From Eledone cirrhosa (Eukaryota), in NCBI GenBank assembly GCA_964016885.1, contig OZ024745.1, forward strand, positions 65,348,001 to 65,412,000: a stretch of DNA of 64,000 bases, written 5' to 3'. Each line of letters begins with the position of its first letter. Within the stretch, counting starts at the first letter, position 1. Shown here piece by piece: positions 41,601 through 55,489 of this stretch. The translations under genes and the position numbers were made by a program. Under the pieces are notes generated by a model. It was not told the DNA's origin. It made no database searches and saw nothing but the letters and a program-made list of their open reading frames with translations.

Positions 41601-44600
41601 GGATCCATTTTTTATTTGGGTGATCCATTTTTTATTTGGGTGATCCATTTTTTATTTGGGGGATCCATTTTTTATTTGGGTGATCCATTTTTTATTTGGG
41701 GATCCATTTTTTATTTGGGTGATCCATTTTTTATTTGGGTGATCCATTTTTTATTTGGGGGATCCATTTTTTATTTGTGTGATCCATTTTTTATTTGGGG
41801 GTGCATTTTTTATTTGGGGGATCCATTTTTATTTGGGTGATCCATTTTTTATTTGGGGGATCCATTTTTTATTTGGGTGATCCATTTTTTATTTGGGTTG
41901 ATCCCTTTTTTATTTGGGGGATCCATTTTTTATTTGGGTGATCCATTTTTTATTTGGGGGATCCATTTTTTATTTGGGGGATCCATTTTTTATTTGGTTG
42001 ATCCATTTTTTATTAGGGGGATCCATTTTTTATTTGGGTGATCCATTTTAATTTGGAGATCCATTTTTTGTTTAGGTGATCCATTTTATAATTGGGTGAT
42101 CCATTTTTTATTTGGGGGATCCATTTTTTATTTGGGGGATCCATTATTTATTTGGGTGATCCATTTTTTATTTGGGTGATCCATTTTTTATTTGGGTGAT
42201 CCATTTTTTATTTGGGTGATCCATTTTTTATTTGGGTGATCCATTTTTTATTTGGGGGATCCATTTTTTATTTGGGTGATCCATTCTTTATTTGGGTGAT
42301 CCATTTTTTATTTGAGGGATCCATTTTATATTTGGGTGATCCATTTTTTATTTGGGTGATCCATTTTTTATTTGGGGGATCCATTTTTTATTTGGGGGAT
42401 CCATTTTTTATTTGGGGGATCCATTTTTTATTTGGGGGATCCATTTTTTATTTCGGGGATCCATTTTTTATTTGGGTGATTCATTTTTTATTTGGGGGAT
42501 CCATTTTTTATTTGGGTGATCCATTTTTTTTATTTGGGGGTCCATTTTTTATTTGGGTGATCCATTTTTTATTTGGATGATCCATTTTTTATTTGGGTGA
42601 TCCATTTTTTATTTGGGTGATCCATTTTTTATTTTGCTGATTCATTTTTTATTTGGGTGATCCATTTTTTATTTGGGGGATCCATTTTTTATTTGGGTGA
42701 ACCATTTTTTATTTGGGAGATCCATTTTTTATTTGGGTGATCCATTTTTTATTTGGGTGATCCATTTTTTATTTGGGGGATCCATTTTTTATTTGGGTGA
42801 TCCATTTTTTATTTGGGTGATCCATTTTTTATTTGGGGGATCCATTTTTTATTTGGGTGAACCATTTTTTATTTGGGGGATCCATTTTTTATTTGGGTGA
42901 TCCATTTTTTATTTGGGTGATCCATTTTTTATTTGGGGGATCCATTTTTTATTTGGGTGATCCATTTTTTATTTGGGTGATCCATTTTTTATTTGGGGGA
43001 TCCATTTTTTATTTGGGGGATCCATTTTTTATTTGGGTGATCCTTTTTTATTTGGAGATCCATTTTGTATTTGGGTGATCCATTTTTTAATTGGGTGATC
43101 CATTTTTTATTTGGGTGATCCATTTTTTATTTGGGGGATCCATTTTTTATTTGGGTGATCCATTTTTTATTTGGGTGGTCCATTTTTTATTTGGGTGATC
43201 CATTTTTTATTTGGGGGATCCATTTTTTATTTGGGTGATCCATTTTTTATTTGGGGATCCATTTTTTATTTGGGTGATCCATTTTTTATTTGGGTGATCC
43301 ATTTTTTATTTGGGGGATACATTTTTTATTTGGGTGATCCATTTTTTATTTGGGGGGTCCATTTTTTATTTGGGGGATCCATTTTTATTTGGGTGATCCA
43401 TTTTTTATTTGGGGGATCCATTTTTTATTTGGGTGATCCCTTTTTTATTTGGGGGATCCATTTTTTATTTGGGTGATCCATTTTTTATTTGGGGGATCCA
43501 TTTTTTATTTGGGGGATTCATTTTTTATTTGGGTGATCCATTTTTTATTAGGGGGATCCATTTTTTATTTGGGTGATCCATTTTTTATTTGGGGGATCCA
43601 TTTTTTATTTGGGTGATCCATTTTTTATTTGGGGATCCATTTTTTATTTGGGTGATCCATTTTTTATTTGGGTGATCCATTTTTTATTTGGGGGATCCAT
43701 TTTTTATTTGGGTGATTCATTTTTTATTTGGGGGGTCCATTTTTTATTTGGGGTATCCATTTTTATTTGGGTGATCCATTTTTTATTTGGGGGATCCATT
43801 TTTTATTTGGGTGATCCATTTTTTATTTGGGTTGATCCCTTTTTTATTTGGGGGATCCATTTTTTATTTGGGTGATCCATTTTTTATTTGGGGGATCCAT
43901 TTTTTATTTGGGTGATCCATTTTTTATTTGAGGGATCCATTTTATATTTGGGTGATCCATTTTTTATTTGGGGGATCCATTATTTATTTGGGTGATCCAT
44001 TTTTTATTTGGGTGATCCATTTTTTATTTGGGTGATCCATTTTTTTTTGGGGTGATCCATTTTTTATTTGGGTGATACATTTTTTATTTGGGGGATCCAT
44101 TTTTTATTTGGGTGATCCATTTTTTATTTGGGTGATCCATTTTTTATTTGAGGGATCCACTTTATATTTGGGTGATCCATTTTTTATTTGGGTGATCCAT
44201 TTTTTATTTGGGGGATCCATTTTTTATTTGGGGGATCCATTTTTTATTTGGGGGATCCATTTTTTATTTGGGGGATCCATTTTTTATTTCGGGGATCCAT
44301 TTTTTATTTGGGTGATTCATTTTTTATTTGGGGGATCCATTTTTTATTTGGGTGATCCATTTTTTTAATTTGGGGGTCCATTTTTTATTTGGGTGATCCA
44401 TTTTTTATTTGGGTGATCCATTTTTTAATTGGGTGATCCATTTTTATTTGGGTGATCCATTTTTTACTTGGGGGATCCATTTTATATTTGGGTGATCCAT
44501 TTTTTATTTTGCTGATTCATTTTTTATTTGGGTGATCCATTTTTTATTTGGGGGATCCATTTTTTATTTGGGTGAACCATTTTTTATTTGGGGGATCCAT

Positions 44601-47010
44601 TTTTTATTTGGGTGATCCATTTTTTATTTGGGTGATCCATTTTTTATTTGGGGGATCCATTTTTTATTTGGGTGATCCATTTTTTATTTGGGTGATCCAT
44701 TTTTTATTTGGGTGATCCATTTTTTATTTGGGGGATCCATTTTTTATTTGGGGGATCCATTTTTTATTTGGGTGATCCATTTTTATTTGGAGATCCATTT
44801 TGTATTTGGGAGATCCATTTTTTAATTGGGTGATCCATTTTTTATTTGGGTGATCCATTTTTTATTTGGGGGATCCATTTTTTATTTGGGTGATCCATTT
44901 TTTATTTGGGTGGTCCATTTTTTATTTGGGTGATCTATTTTTTATTTGGGGGATCCATTTTTTATTTGGGTGATCCATTTTTTATTTGGGGATCCATTTT
45001 TTATTTGGGTGATCCATTTTTTATTTGGGTGATCCATTTTTTATTTGGGGGATACATTTTTTATTTGGGTGATCCATTTTTTATTTGGGGGGTCCATTTT
45101 TTATTTGGGGGATCCATTTTTATTTGGGTGATCCATTTTTTATTTGGGGGATCCATTTTTTATTTGGGTGATCCATTTTTTATTTGGGTGATCCATTTTT
45201 TATTTGGGGGATCCATTTTTTATTTGGGGGATCCATTTTTTATTTGGGTGATCCATTTTTATTTGGAGATCCATTTTGTATTTGGGTGATCCATTTTTTA
45301 ATTGGGTGATCCATTTTTTATTTGGGTGATCCATTTTTTATTTGGGGGATCCATTTTTTATTTGGGTGATCCATTTTTTATTTGGGTGGTCCATTTTTTA
45401 TTTGGGTGATCCATTTTTTATTTGGGGGATCCATTTTTTATTTGGGTGATCCATTTTTTATTTGGGGATCCATTTTTTATTTGGGTGATCCATTTTTTAT
45501 TTGGGTGATCCATTTTTTATTTGGGGGATACATTTTTTATTTGGGTGATCCATTTTTTATTTGGGGGGTCCATTTTTTATTTGGGGGATCCATTTTTTAT
45601 TTGGGTGATCAATTTTTTAATTGGGTGATCCATTTTTTATTTGGGGGATCCATTTTTTATTTGGGTGATCCATTTTTTAGTTGGGTGGTCCATTTTTTAT
45701 TTGGGTGATCCACTTTTTATTTGGGGGATCCATTTTTTATTTGGGTGATCCATTTTTTATTTGGGGATCCATTTTTTATTTGGGTGATCCATTTTTTATT
45801 TGGGTGATCCATTTTTTATTTGGGGGATCCATTTTTTATTTGGGTGATCCATTTTTTATTTGGGGATCCATTTTTTATTTGGGTGATCCATTTTTTATTT
45901 GGGTGATCCATTTTTTATTTGGGGGATCCATTTTTTATTTGTGTGATCCATTTTTTATTTGGGGGTGCATTTTTTATTTGGGGGATCCATTTTTATTTGG
46001 GTGATCCATTTTTTATTTGGGGGATCCATTTTTTATTTGGGTGATCCATTTTTTATTTGGGTTGATCCCTTTTTTATTTGGGGGATCCATTTTTTATTTG
46101 GGTGATCCATTTTTTATTTGGGGGATCCATTTTTTATTTGGGGGATCCATTTTTTATTTGGTTGATCCATTTTTTATTAGGGGGATCCATTTTTTATTTG
46201 GGTGATCCATTTTAATTTGGAGATCCATTTTTTGTTTAGGTGATCCATTTTATAATTGGGTGATCCATTTTTTATTTGGGGGATCCATTTTTTATTTGGG
46301 GGATCCATTATTTATTTGGGTGATCCATTTTTTATTTGGGTGATCCATTTTTTATTTGGGTGATCCATTTTTTATTTGGGTGATCCATTTTTTATTTGGG
46401 TGATCCATTTTTTATTTGGGGGATCCATTTTTTATTTGGGTGATCCATTCTTTATTTGGGTGATCCATTTTTTATTTGAGGGATCCATTTTATATTTGGG
46501 TGATCCATTTTTTATTTGGGTGATCCATTTTTTATTTGGGGGATCCATTTTTTATTTGGGGGATCCATTTTTTATTTGGGGGATCCATTTTTTATTTGGG
46601 GGATCCATTTTTTATTTCGGGGATCCATTTTTTATTTGGGTGATTCATTTTTTATTTGGGGGATCCATTTTTTATTTGGGTGATCCATTTTTTTTATTTG
46701 GGGGTCCATTTTTTATTTGGGTGATCCATTTTTTATTTGGATGATCCATTTTTTATTTGGGTGATCCATTTTTTATTTGGGTGATCCATTTTTTATTTTG
46801 CTGATTCATTTTTTATTTGGGTGATCCATTTTTTATTTGGGGGATCCATTTTTTATTTGGGTGAACCATTTTTTATTTGGGAGATCCATTTTTTATTTGG
46901 GTGATCCATTTTTTATTTGGGTGATCCATTTTTTATTTGGGGGATCCATTTTTTATTTGGGTGATCCATTTTTTATTTGGGTGATCCATTTTTTATTTGG
47001 GGGATCCATT
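38645..47010. repeat. Tandem duplication of 4164 bp, junction about 42810-42870
   Basis: Constant offset 4164: 38669/42833, 39007/43171, 39409/43573, 40742/44906, 41517/45681, 42212/46376, 42673/46837. Shared private variant GAGGGATCCACTTT at about 39990/44155. Confidence 0.92.
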
Positions 47011-50000
47011 TTTTATTTGGGGGATCCATTTTTTATTTGGGTGATCCATTTTTATTTGGAGATCCATTTTGTATTTGGGTGATCCATTTTTTAATTGGGT
47101 GATCCATTTTTTATTTGGGTGATCCTTTTTTTATTTGGGTGATCCATTTTTTATTTGGGTGGTCCATTTTTTATTTGGGTGATCCATTTTTTATTTGGGG
47201 GATCCATTTTTTATTTGGGTGATCCATTTTTCATTTGGGGATCCATTTTTTATTTGGGTGATCCATTTTTTATTTGGGTGATCCATTTTTTATTTGGGGG
47301 ATACATTTTTTATTTGGGTGATCCATTTTTTATTTGGGGGGGTCCATTTTTTATTTGGGGGATCCATTTTTATTTGGGTGATCCATTTTTTATTTGGGGG
47401 ATCCATTTTTTATTTGGGTGATCCCTTTTTTATTTGGGGGATCCATTTTTTATTTGGGTGATCCATTTTTTATTTGGGGGATCCATTTTTTATTTGGGGG
47501 ATCCATTATTTATTTGGGTGATGCATTTTTTATTTGGGTGATCCATTTTTTATTTGGGTTATCCATTTTTTATTTGGGTGATCCATTTTTTATTTGGGTG
47601 ATCCATTTTTTATTTGGGGGATCCATTTTTTATTTGGGTGATCCATTTTTTATTTGGGTGATCCATTTTTTATTTGAGGGATCCATTTTATATTTGGGTG
47701 ATCCATTTTTTATATGGGTGATCCATTTTTTATTTGGGGGATCCATTTTTTATTTGGGGGATCCATTTTTTATTTGGGGGATCCATTTTTTATTTGGGGG
47801 ATCCATTTTTTATTTCGGGGATCCATTTTTTATTTGGGTGATTCATTTTTTATTTGGGGGATCCATTTTTTATTTGGGTAATCCATTTTTTTTATTTGGG
47901 GGTCCATTTTTTATTTGGGTGATCCATTTTTTATTTGGATGATCCATTTTTTAATTGGGTGATCCATTTTTATTTGGGTGATCCATTTTTTTACTTGGGG
48001 GATGCATTTTTTATTTGGGTGATCCATTTTTTATTTTGCTGATTCATTTTTTATTTGGGTGATCCATTTTTTATTTGGGGGATCCATTTTTTATTTGGGT
48101 GAACCATTTTTTATTTGGGAGATCCATTTTTTATTTGGGTGATCCATTTTTTATTTGGGTGATCCATTTTTTATTTGGGGGATCCATTTTTTATTTGGGT
48201 GATCCATTTTTTATTTGGGTGATCCATTTTTTATTTGGGGGATCCATTTTTTATTTGGGGGATCCATTTTTTATTTGGGTGATCCATTTTTATTTGGAGA
48301 TCCATTTTGTATTTGGGTGATCCATTTTTTAATTGGGTGATCCATTTTTTATTTGGGTGATCCATTTTTTATTTGGGTGGTCCATTTTTTATTTGGGTGA
48401 TCCATTTTTTATTTGGGGGATCCATTTTTTATTTGGGTGATCCATTTTTTATTTGGGGATCCATTTTTTATTTGGGTGATCCATTTTTTATTTGGGTGAT
48501 CCATTTTTTATTTGGGGGATCCATTTTTTATTTGGGTGATCCATTTTTTATTTGGGGGGGTCCATTTTTTATTTGGGGGATCCATTTTTACTTGGGTGAT
48601 CCATTTTTTATTTGGGGGATCCATTTTTTATTTGGGTGATCCCTTTTTTATTTGGGGGATCCATTTTTTATTTGGGTGATCCATTTTTTATTTGGGGGAT
48701 CCATTTTTTATTTGGGGGATTCATTTTTTATTTGGGTGATCCATTTTTTATTAGGGGGATCCATTTTTTATTTGGGGGATCCATTTTTATTTGGAGATCC
48801 ATTTTTTATTTAGGTGATCCATTTTATAATTGGGTGATCCATTTTTTATTTGGGGGATCCATTTTTTATTTGGGGGATCCATTATTTATTTGGGTGATCC
48901 ATTTTTTATTTGGGTGATCCATTTTTTATTTGGGTGATCCATTTTTTATTTGGGTGATCCATTTTTTATTTGGGTGATCCATTTTTTATTTGGGGGATCC
49001 ATTTTTTATTTGGGTGATCCATTTTTTATTTGGGGGATCCATTTTTTATTTGGGTGATCCATTTTTTATTTGGGGGATCCATTTTTTATTTCGGGGATCC
49101 ATTTTTTATTTGGGTGATTCATTTTTTATTTGGGGGATCCATTTTTTATTTTGGGTGATCCATTTTTTATTAGGGGGATCCATTTTTTATTTGGGTGATC
49201 CATTTTTATTTGTAGATCCATTTTTTATTTGGGTGATCCATTTTTTAATTGGATGATCCATTTTTTATTTGGGGGATCCATTTTTTATTTTGGGGATCCA
49301 TTATTTATTTGGGTGATCCATTTTTTATTTGGGTGATCCATTTTTTATTCGGGGGATCCATTTTTTATTTGGGTGATCCATTTTTTATTTGGGTGATCCA
49401 TTTTTTAATTGGGGATCCATTTTTTATTTAGTTGATCCATTTTTTAATTGGGTGATACATTTTTTATTTGGGGGATCCATTTTTTATTTGGGGGATCCAT
49501 TGTTTATTTGGGTGATCCATTTTTTATTTGGGTGATCCATTTTTTATTTGGGGGATCCATTTTGTATTTGGGTGATCCATTTTTTATTTGGGTGATCCAT
49601 TTTTTATTTGGGTGATCCATTTTTTATTTGTGGGATCCATTTTTTATTTGGGTGATCGATTTTTTATTTGGGGGATCCTTTTTTATTTGGGTGATCCATT
49701 TTTTATTTGGGTGATCCATTTTTTATTTGGGGGATCCATTTTTTATTTGGGTGATCCATTTTTTATTTGGGTGATCCATTTTTTATTTGGGGGATCCATT
49801 TTTTATTTGGGTGATCCATTTTTTATTTGGGGGATCCATTTTTTATTTGGGGGATCCATTTTTTATTTGGGTGATCCATTTTTTATATGGGTGATCCATT
49901 TTTTATTTGGGGGGATCCATTTTTAATTTGGGTGATCCATTTTTTATTTGGGGGATCCATTTTTTATTTGGGTGATCCATATTTTATTTGGGGGATCCAT

Positions 50001-53000
50001 TTTTTATTTGGGTGATCCATTTTTTATTTGGGTGATCCATTTTTTAATTGGGTGATCCATTTTTTATTTGGGGGATCCATTTTTTATTTGGGTGATCCAT
50101 TTTTTAGTTGGGTGGTCCATTTTTTATTTGGGTGATCCATTTTTTATTTGGGGGATCCATTTTTAATTTGGGTGATCCATTTTTTATTTGGGGATCCATT
50201 TTTTATTTGGGTGATCCATTTTTTATTTGGGTGATCCATTTTTTATTTGGGGGATCCATTTTTTATTTGGGTGATTCATTTTTTATTTGGGGGGTCCATT
50301 TTTTATTTGGGGGATCCATTTTTATTTGGGTGATCCATTTTTTATTTGGGGGATCCATTTTTTATTTGGGTGATCCATTTTTTATTTGGGTTGATCCCTT
50401 TTTTATTTGGGATATCCATTTTTTATTTGGGTGATCCATTTTTTATTTGGGGGATCCATTTTTTATTTGGGTGATCCATTTTTTATTTGAGGGATCCATT
50501 TTATATTTGGGTGATCCATTTTTTATTTGGGGGATCCATTATTTATTTGGGTGATCCATTTTTTATTTGGGTGATCCATTTTTTATTTGGGTGATCCATT
50601 TTTTATTTGGGTGATCCATTTTTTATTTGGGTGATACATTTTTTATTTGGGGGATCCATTTTTTATTTGGGTGATCCATTTTTTATTTGGGTGATCCATT
50701 TTTTATTTGAGGGATCCATTTTATATTTGGGTGATCCATTTTTTATTTGGGTGATCCATTTTTTATTTGGGGGATCCATTTTTTATTTGGGTGATCCATT
50801 TTTTATTTGGGTGATCCATTTTTTATTTGGGGGATCCATTTTTTATTTGGGGGATCCATTTTTTATTTGGGTGATCCATTTTTATTTGGAGATCCATTTT
50901 GTATTTGGGTGATCCATTTTTTAATTGGGTGATCCATTTTTTATTTGGGTGATCCTTTTTTTATTTGGGTGATCCATTTTTTATTTGGGTGGTCCATTTT
51001 TTATTTGGGTGATCCATTTTTTATTTGGGGGATCCATTTTTTATTTGGGTGATCCATTTTTCATTTGGGGATCCATTTTTTATTTGGGTGATCCATTTTT
51101 TATTTGGGTGATCCATTTTTTATTTGGGGGATACATTTTTTATTTGGGTGATCCATTTTTTATTTGGGGGGGTCCATTTTTTATTTGGGGGATCCATTTT
51201 TATTTGGGTGATCCATTTTTTATTTGGGGGATCCATTTTTTATTTGGGTGATCCCTTTTTTATTTGGGGGATCCATTTTTTATTTGGGTGATCCATTTTT
51301 TATTTGGGGGATCCATTTTTTATTTGGGGGATCCATTATTTATTTGGGTGATGCATTTTTTATTTGGGTGATCCATTTTTTATTTGGGTTATCCATTTTT
51401 TATTTGGGTGATCCATTTTTTATTTGGGTGATCCATTTTTTATTTGGGGGATCCATTTTTTATTTGGGTGATCCATTTTTTATTTGGGTGATCCATTTTT
51501 TATTTGAGGGATCCATTTTATATTTGGGTGATCCATTTTTTATATGGGTGATCCATTTTTTATTTGGGGGATCCATTTTTTATTTGGGGGATCCATTTTT
51601 TATTTGGGGGATCCATTTTTTATTTGGGGGATCCATTTTTTATTTCGGGGATCCATTTTTTATTTGGGTGATTCATTTTTTATTTGGGGGATCCATTTTT
51701 TATTTGGGTAATCCATTTTTTTTATTTGGGGGTCCATTTTTTATTTGGGTGATCCATTTTTTATTTGGATGATCCATTTTTTAATTGGGTGATCCATTTT
51801 TATTTGGGTGATCCATTTTTTTACTTGGGGGATGCATTTTTTATTTGGGTGATCCATTTTTTATTTTGCTGATTCATTTTTTATTTGGGTGATCCATTTT
51901 TTATTTGGGGGATCCATTTTTTATTTGGGTGAACCATTTTTTATTTGGGAGATCCATTTTTTATTTGGGTGATCCATTTTTTATTTGGGTGATCCATTTT
52001 TTATTTGGGGGATCCATTTTTTATTTGGGTGATCCATTTTTTATTTGGGTGATCCATTTTTTATTTGGGGGATCCATTTTTTATTTGGGGGATCCATTTT
52101 TTATTTGGGTGATCCATTTTTATTTGGAGATCCATTTTGTATTTGGGTGATCCATTTTTTAATTGGGTGATCCATTTTTTATTTGGGTGATCCATTTTTT
52201 ATTTGGGTGGTCCATTTTTTATTTGGGTGATCCATTTTTTATTTGGGGGATCCATTTTTTATTTGGGTGATCCATTTTTTATTTGGGGATCCATTTTTTA
52301 TTTGGGTGATCCATTTTTTATTTGGGTGATCCATTTTTTATTTGGGGGATCCATTTTTTATTTGGGTGATCCATTTTTTATTTGGGGGGGTCCATTTTTT
52401 ATTTGGGGGATCCATTTTTATTTGGGTGATCCATTTTTTATTTGGGGGATCCATTTTTTATTTGGGTGATCCCTTTTTTATTTGGGGGATCCATTTTTTA
52501 TTTGGGTGATCCATTTTTTATTTGGGGGATCCATTTTTTATTTGGGGGATTCATTTTTTATTTGGGTGATCCATTTTTTATTAGGGGGATCCATTTTTTA
52601 TTTGGGGGATCCATTTTTATTTGGAGATCCATTTTTTATTTAGGTGATCCATTTTATAATTGGGTGATCCATTTTTTATTTGGGGGATCCATTTTTTATT
52701 TGGGGGATCCATTATTTATTTGGGTGATCCATTTTTTATTTGGGTGATCCATTTTTTATTTGGGTGATCCATTTTTTATTTGGGTGATCCATTTTTTATT
52801 TGGGTGATCCATTTTTTATTTGGGGGATCCATTTTTTATTTGGGTGATCCATTTTTTATTTGGGGGATCCATTTTTTATTTGGGTGATCCATTTTTTATT
52901 TGGGGGATCCATTTTTTATTTCGGGGATCCATTTTTTATTTGGGTGATTCATTTTTTATTTGGGGGATCCATTTTTTATTTTGGGTGATCCATTTTTTAT

Positions 53001-54610
53001 TAGGGGGATCCATTTTTTATTTGGGTGATCCATTTTTATTTGTAGATCCATTTTTTATTTGGGTGATCCATTTTTTAATTGGATGATCCATTTTTTATTT
53101 GGGGGATCCATTTTTTATTTTGGGGATCCATTATTTATTTGGGTGATCCATTTTTTATTTGGGTGATCCATTTTTTATTCGGGGGATCCATTTTTTATTT
53201 GGGTGATCCATTTTTTATTTGGGTGATCCATTTTTTAATTGGGGATCCATTTTTTATTTAGTTGATCCATTTTTTAATTGGGTGATACATTTTTTATTTG
53301 GGGGATCCATTTTTTATTTGGGGGATCCATTGTTTATTTGGGTGATCCATTTTTTATTTGGGTGATCCATTTTTTATTTGGGGGATCCATTTTGTATTTG
53401 GGTGATCCATTTTTTATTTGGGTGATCCATTTTTTATTTGGGTGATCCATTTTTTATTTGTGGGATCCATTTTTTATTTGGGTGATCCATTTTTTATTTG
53501 GGGGATCCTTTTTTATTTGGGTGATCCATTTTTTATTTGGGTGATCCATTTTTTATTTGGGGGATCCATTTTTTATTTGGGTGATCCATTTTTTATTTGG
53601 GTGATCCATTTTTTATTTGGGGGATCCATTTTTTATTTGGGTGATCCATTTTTTATTTGGGGGATCCATTTTTTATTTGGGGGATCCATTTTTTATTTGG
53701 GTGATCCATTTTTTATATGGGTGATCCATTTTTTATTTGGGGGGATCCATTTTTAATTTGGGTGATCCATTTTTTATTTGGGGGATCCATTTTTTATTTG
53801 GGTGATCCATATTTTATTTGGGGGATCCATTTTTTATTTGGGTGATCCATTTTTTATTTGGGTGATCCATTTTTTAATTGGGTGATCCATTTTTTATTTG
53901 GGGGATCCATTTTTTATTTGGGTGATCCATTTTTTAGTTGGGTGGTCCATTTTTTATTTGGGTGATCCATTTTTTATTTGGGGGATCCATTTTTAATTTG
54001 GGTGATCCATTTTTTATTTGGGGATCCATTTTTTATTTGGGTGATCCATTTTTTATTTGGGTGATCCATTTTTTATTTGGGGGATCCATTTTTTATTTGG
54101 GTGATTCATTTTTTATTTGGGGGGTCCATTTTTTATTTGGGGGATCCATTTTTATTTGGGTGATCCATTTTTTATTTGGGGGATCCATTTTTTATTTGGG
54201 TGATCCATTTTTTATTTGGGTTGATCCCTTTTTTATTTGGGATATCCATTTTTTATTTGGGTGATCCATTTTTTATTTGGGGGATCCATTTTTTATTTGG
54301 GTGATCCATTTTTTATTTGAGGGATCCATTTTATATTTGGGTGATCCATTTTTTATTTGGGGGATCCATTATTTATTTGGGTGATCCATTTTTTATTTGG
54401 GTGATCCATTTTTTATTTGGGTGATCCATTTTTTATTTGGGTGATCCATTTTTTATTTGGGTGATACATTTTTTATTTGGGGGATCCATTTTTTATTTGG
54501 GTGATCCATTTTTTATTTGGGTGATCCATTTTTTATTTGAGGGATCCATTTTATATTTGGGTGATCCATTTTTTATTTGGGTGATCCATTTTTTATTTGG
54601 GGGACCCATT
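46900..54610. repeat. Tandem duplication of 3830 bp, junction about 50730-50790
   Basis: Constant offset 3830: 47155/50985, 47394/51224, 48075/51905, 48990/52820, 49588/53418, 50108/53938, 50607/54437. Confidence 0.92.
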
Positions 54611-55489
54611 TTTTATTTGGGGGATCCATTTTTTATTTGGGGGATCCATTTTTTATTTGGGGGATCCATTTTTTATTTCGGGGATCCATTTTTTATTTGG
54701 GTGATTCATTTTTTATTTGGGGGATCCATTTTTTATTTGGGTGATCCATTTTTTTAATTTGGGGGTCCATTTTTTATTTGGGTGATCCATTTTTTATTTG
54801 GGTGATCCATTTTTTAATTGGGTGATCCATTTATATTTGGGTGATCCATTTTTTACTTGGGGGATCAATTTTTTATTTGGGTGATCCATTTTTTATTTTG
54901 CTGATTCATTTTTTATTTGGGTGATCCATTTTTTATTTGGGGGATCCATTTTTTATTTGGGTGAACCATTTTTTATTTGGGGGATCCATTTTTTATTTGG
55001 GTGATCCATTTTTTATTTGGGTGATCCATTTTTTATTTGGGGGATCCATTTTTTATTTGGGTGATCCATTTTTTATTTGGGTGATCCATTTTTTATTTGG
55101 GGGATCCATTTTTTATTTGGGGGATCCATTTTTTATTTGGGTGATCCTTTTTTATTTGGAGATCCATTTTGTATTTGGGTGATCCATTTTTTAATTGGGT
55201 GATCCATTTTTTATTTGGGTGATCCATTTTTTATTTGGGGGATCCATTTTTTATTTGGGTGATCCATTTTTTATTTGGGTGGTCCATTTTTTATTTGGGT
55301 GATCCATTTTTTATTTGGGGGATCCATTTTTTATTTGGGTGATCCATTTTTTATTTGGGGATCCATTTTTTATTTGGGTGATCCATTTTTTATTTGGGTG
55401 ATCCATTTTTTATTTGGGGGATACATTTTTTATTTGGGTGATCCATTTTTTATTTGGGGGGTCCATTTTTTATTTGGGGGATCCATTTT

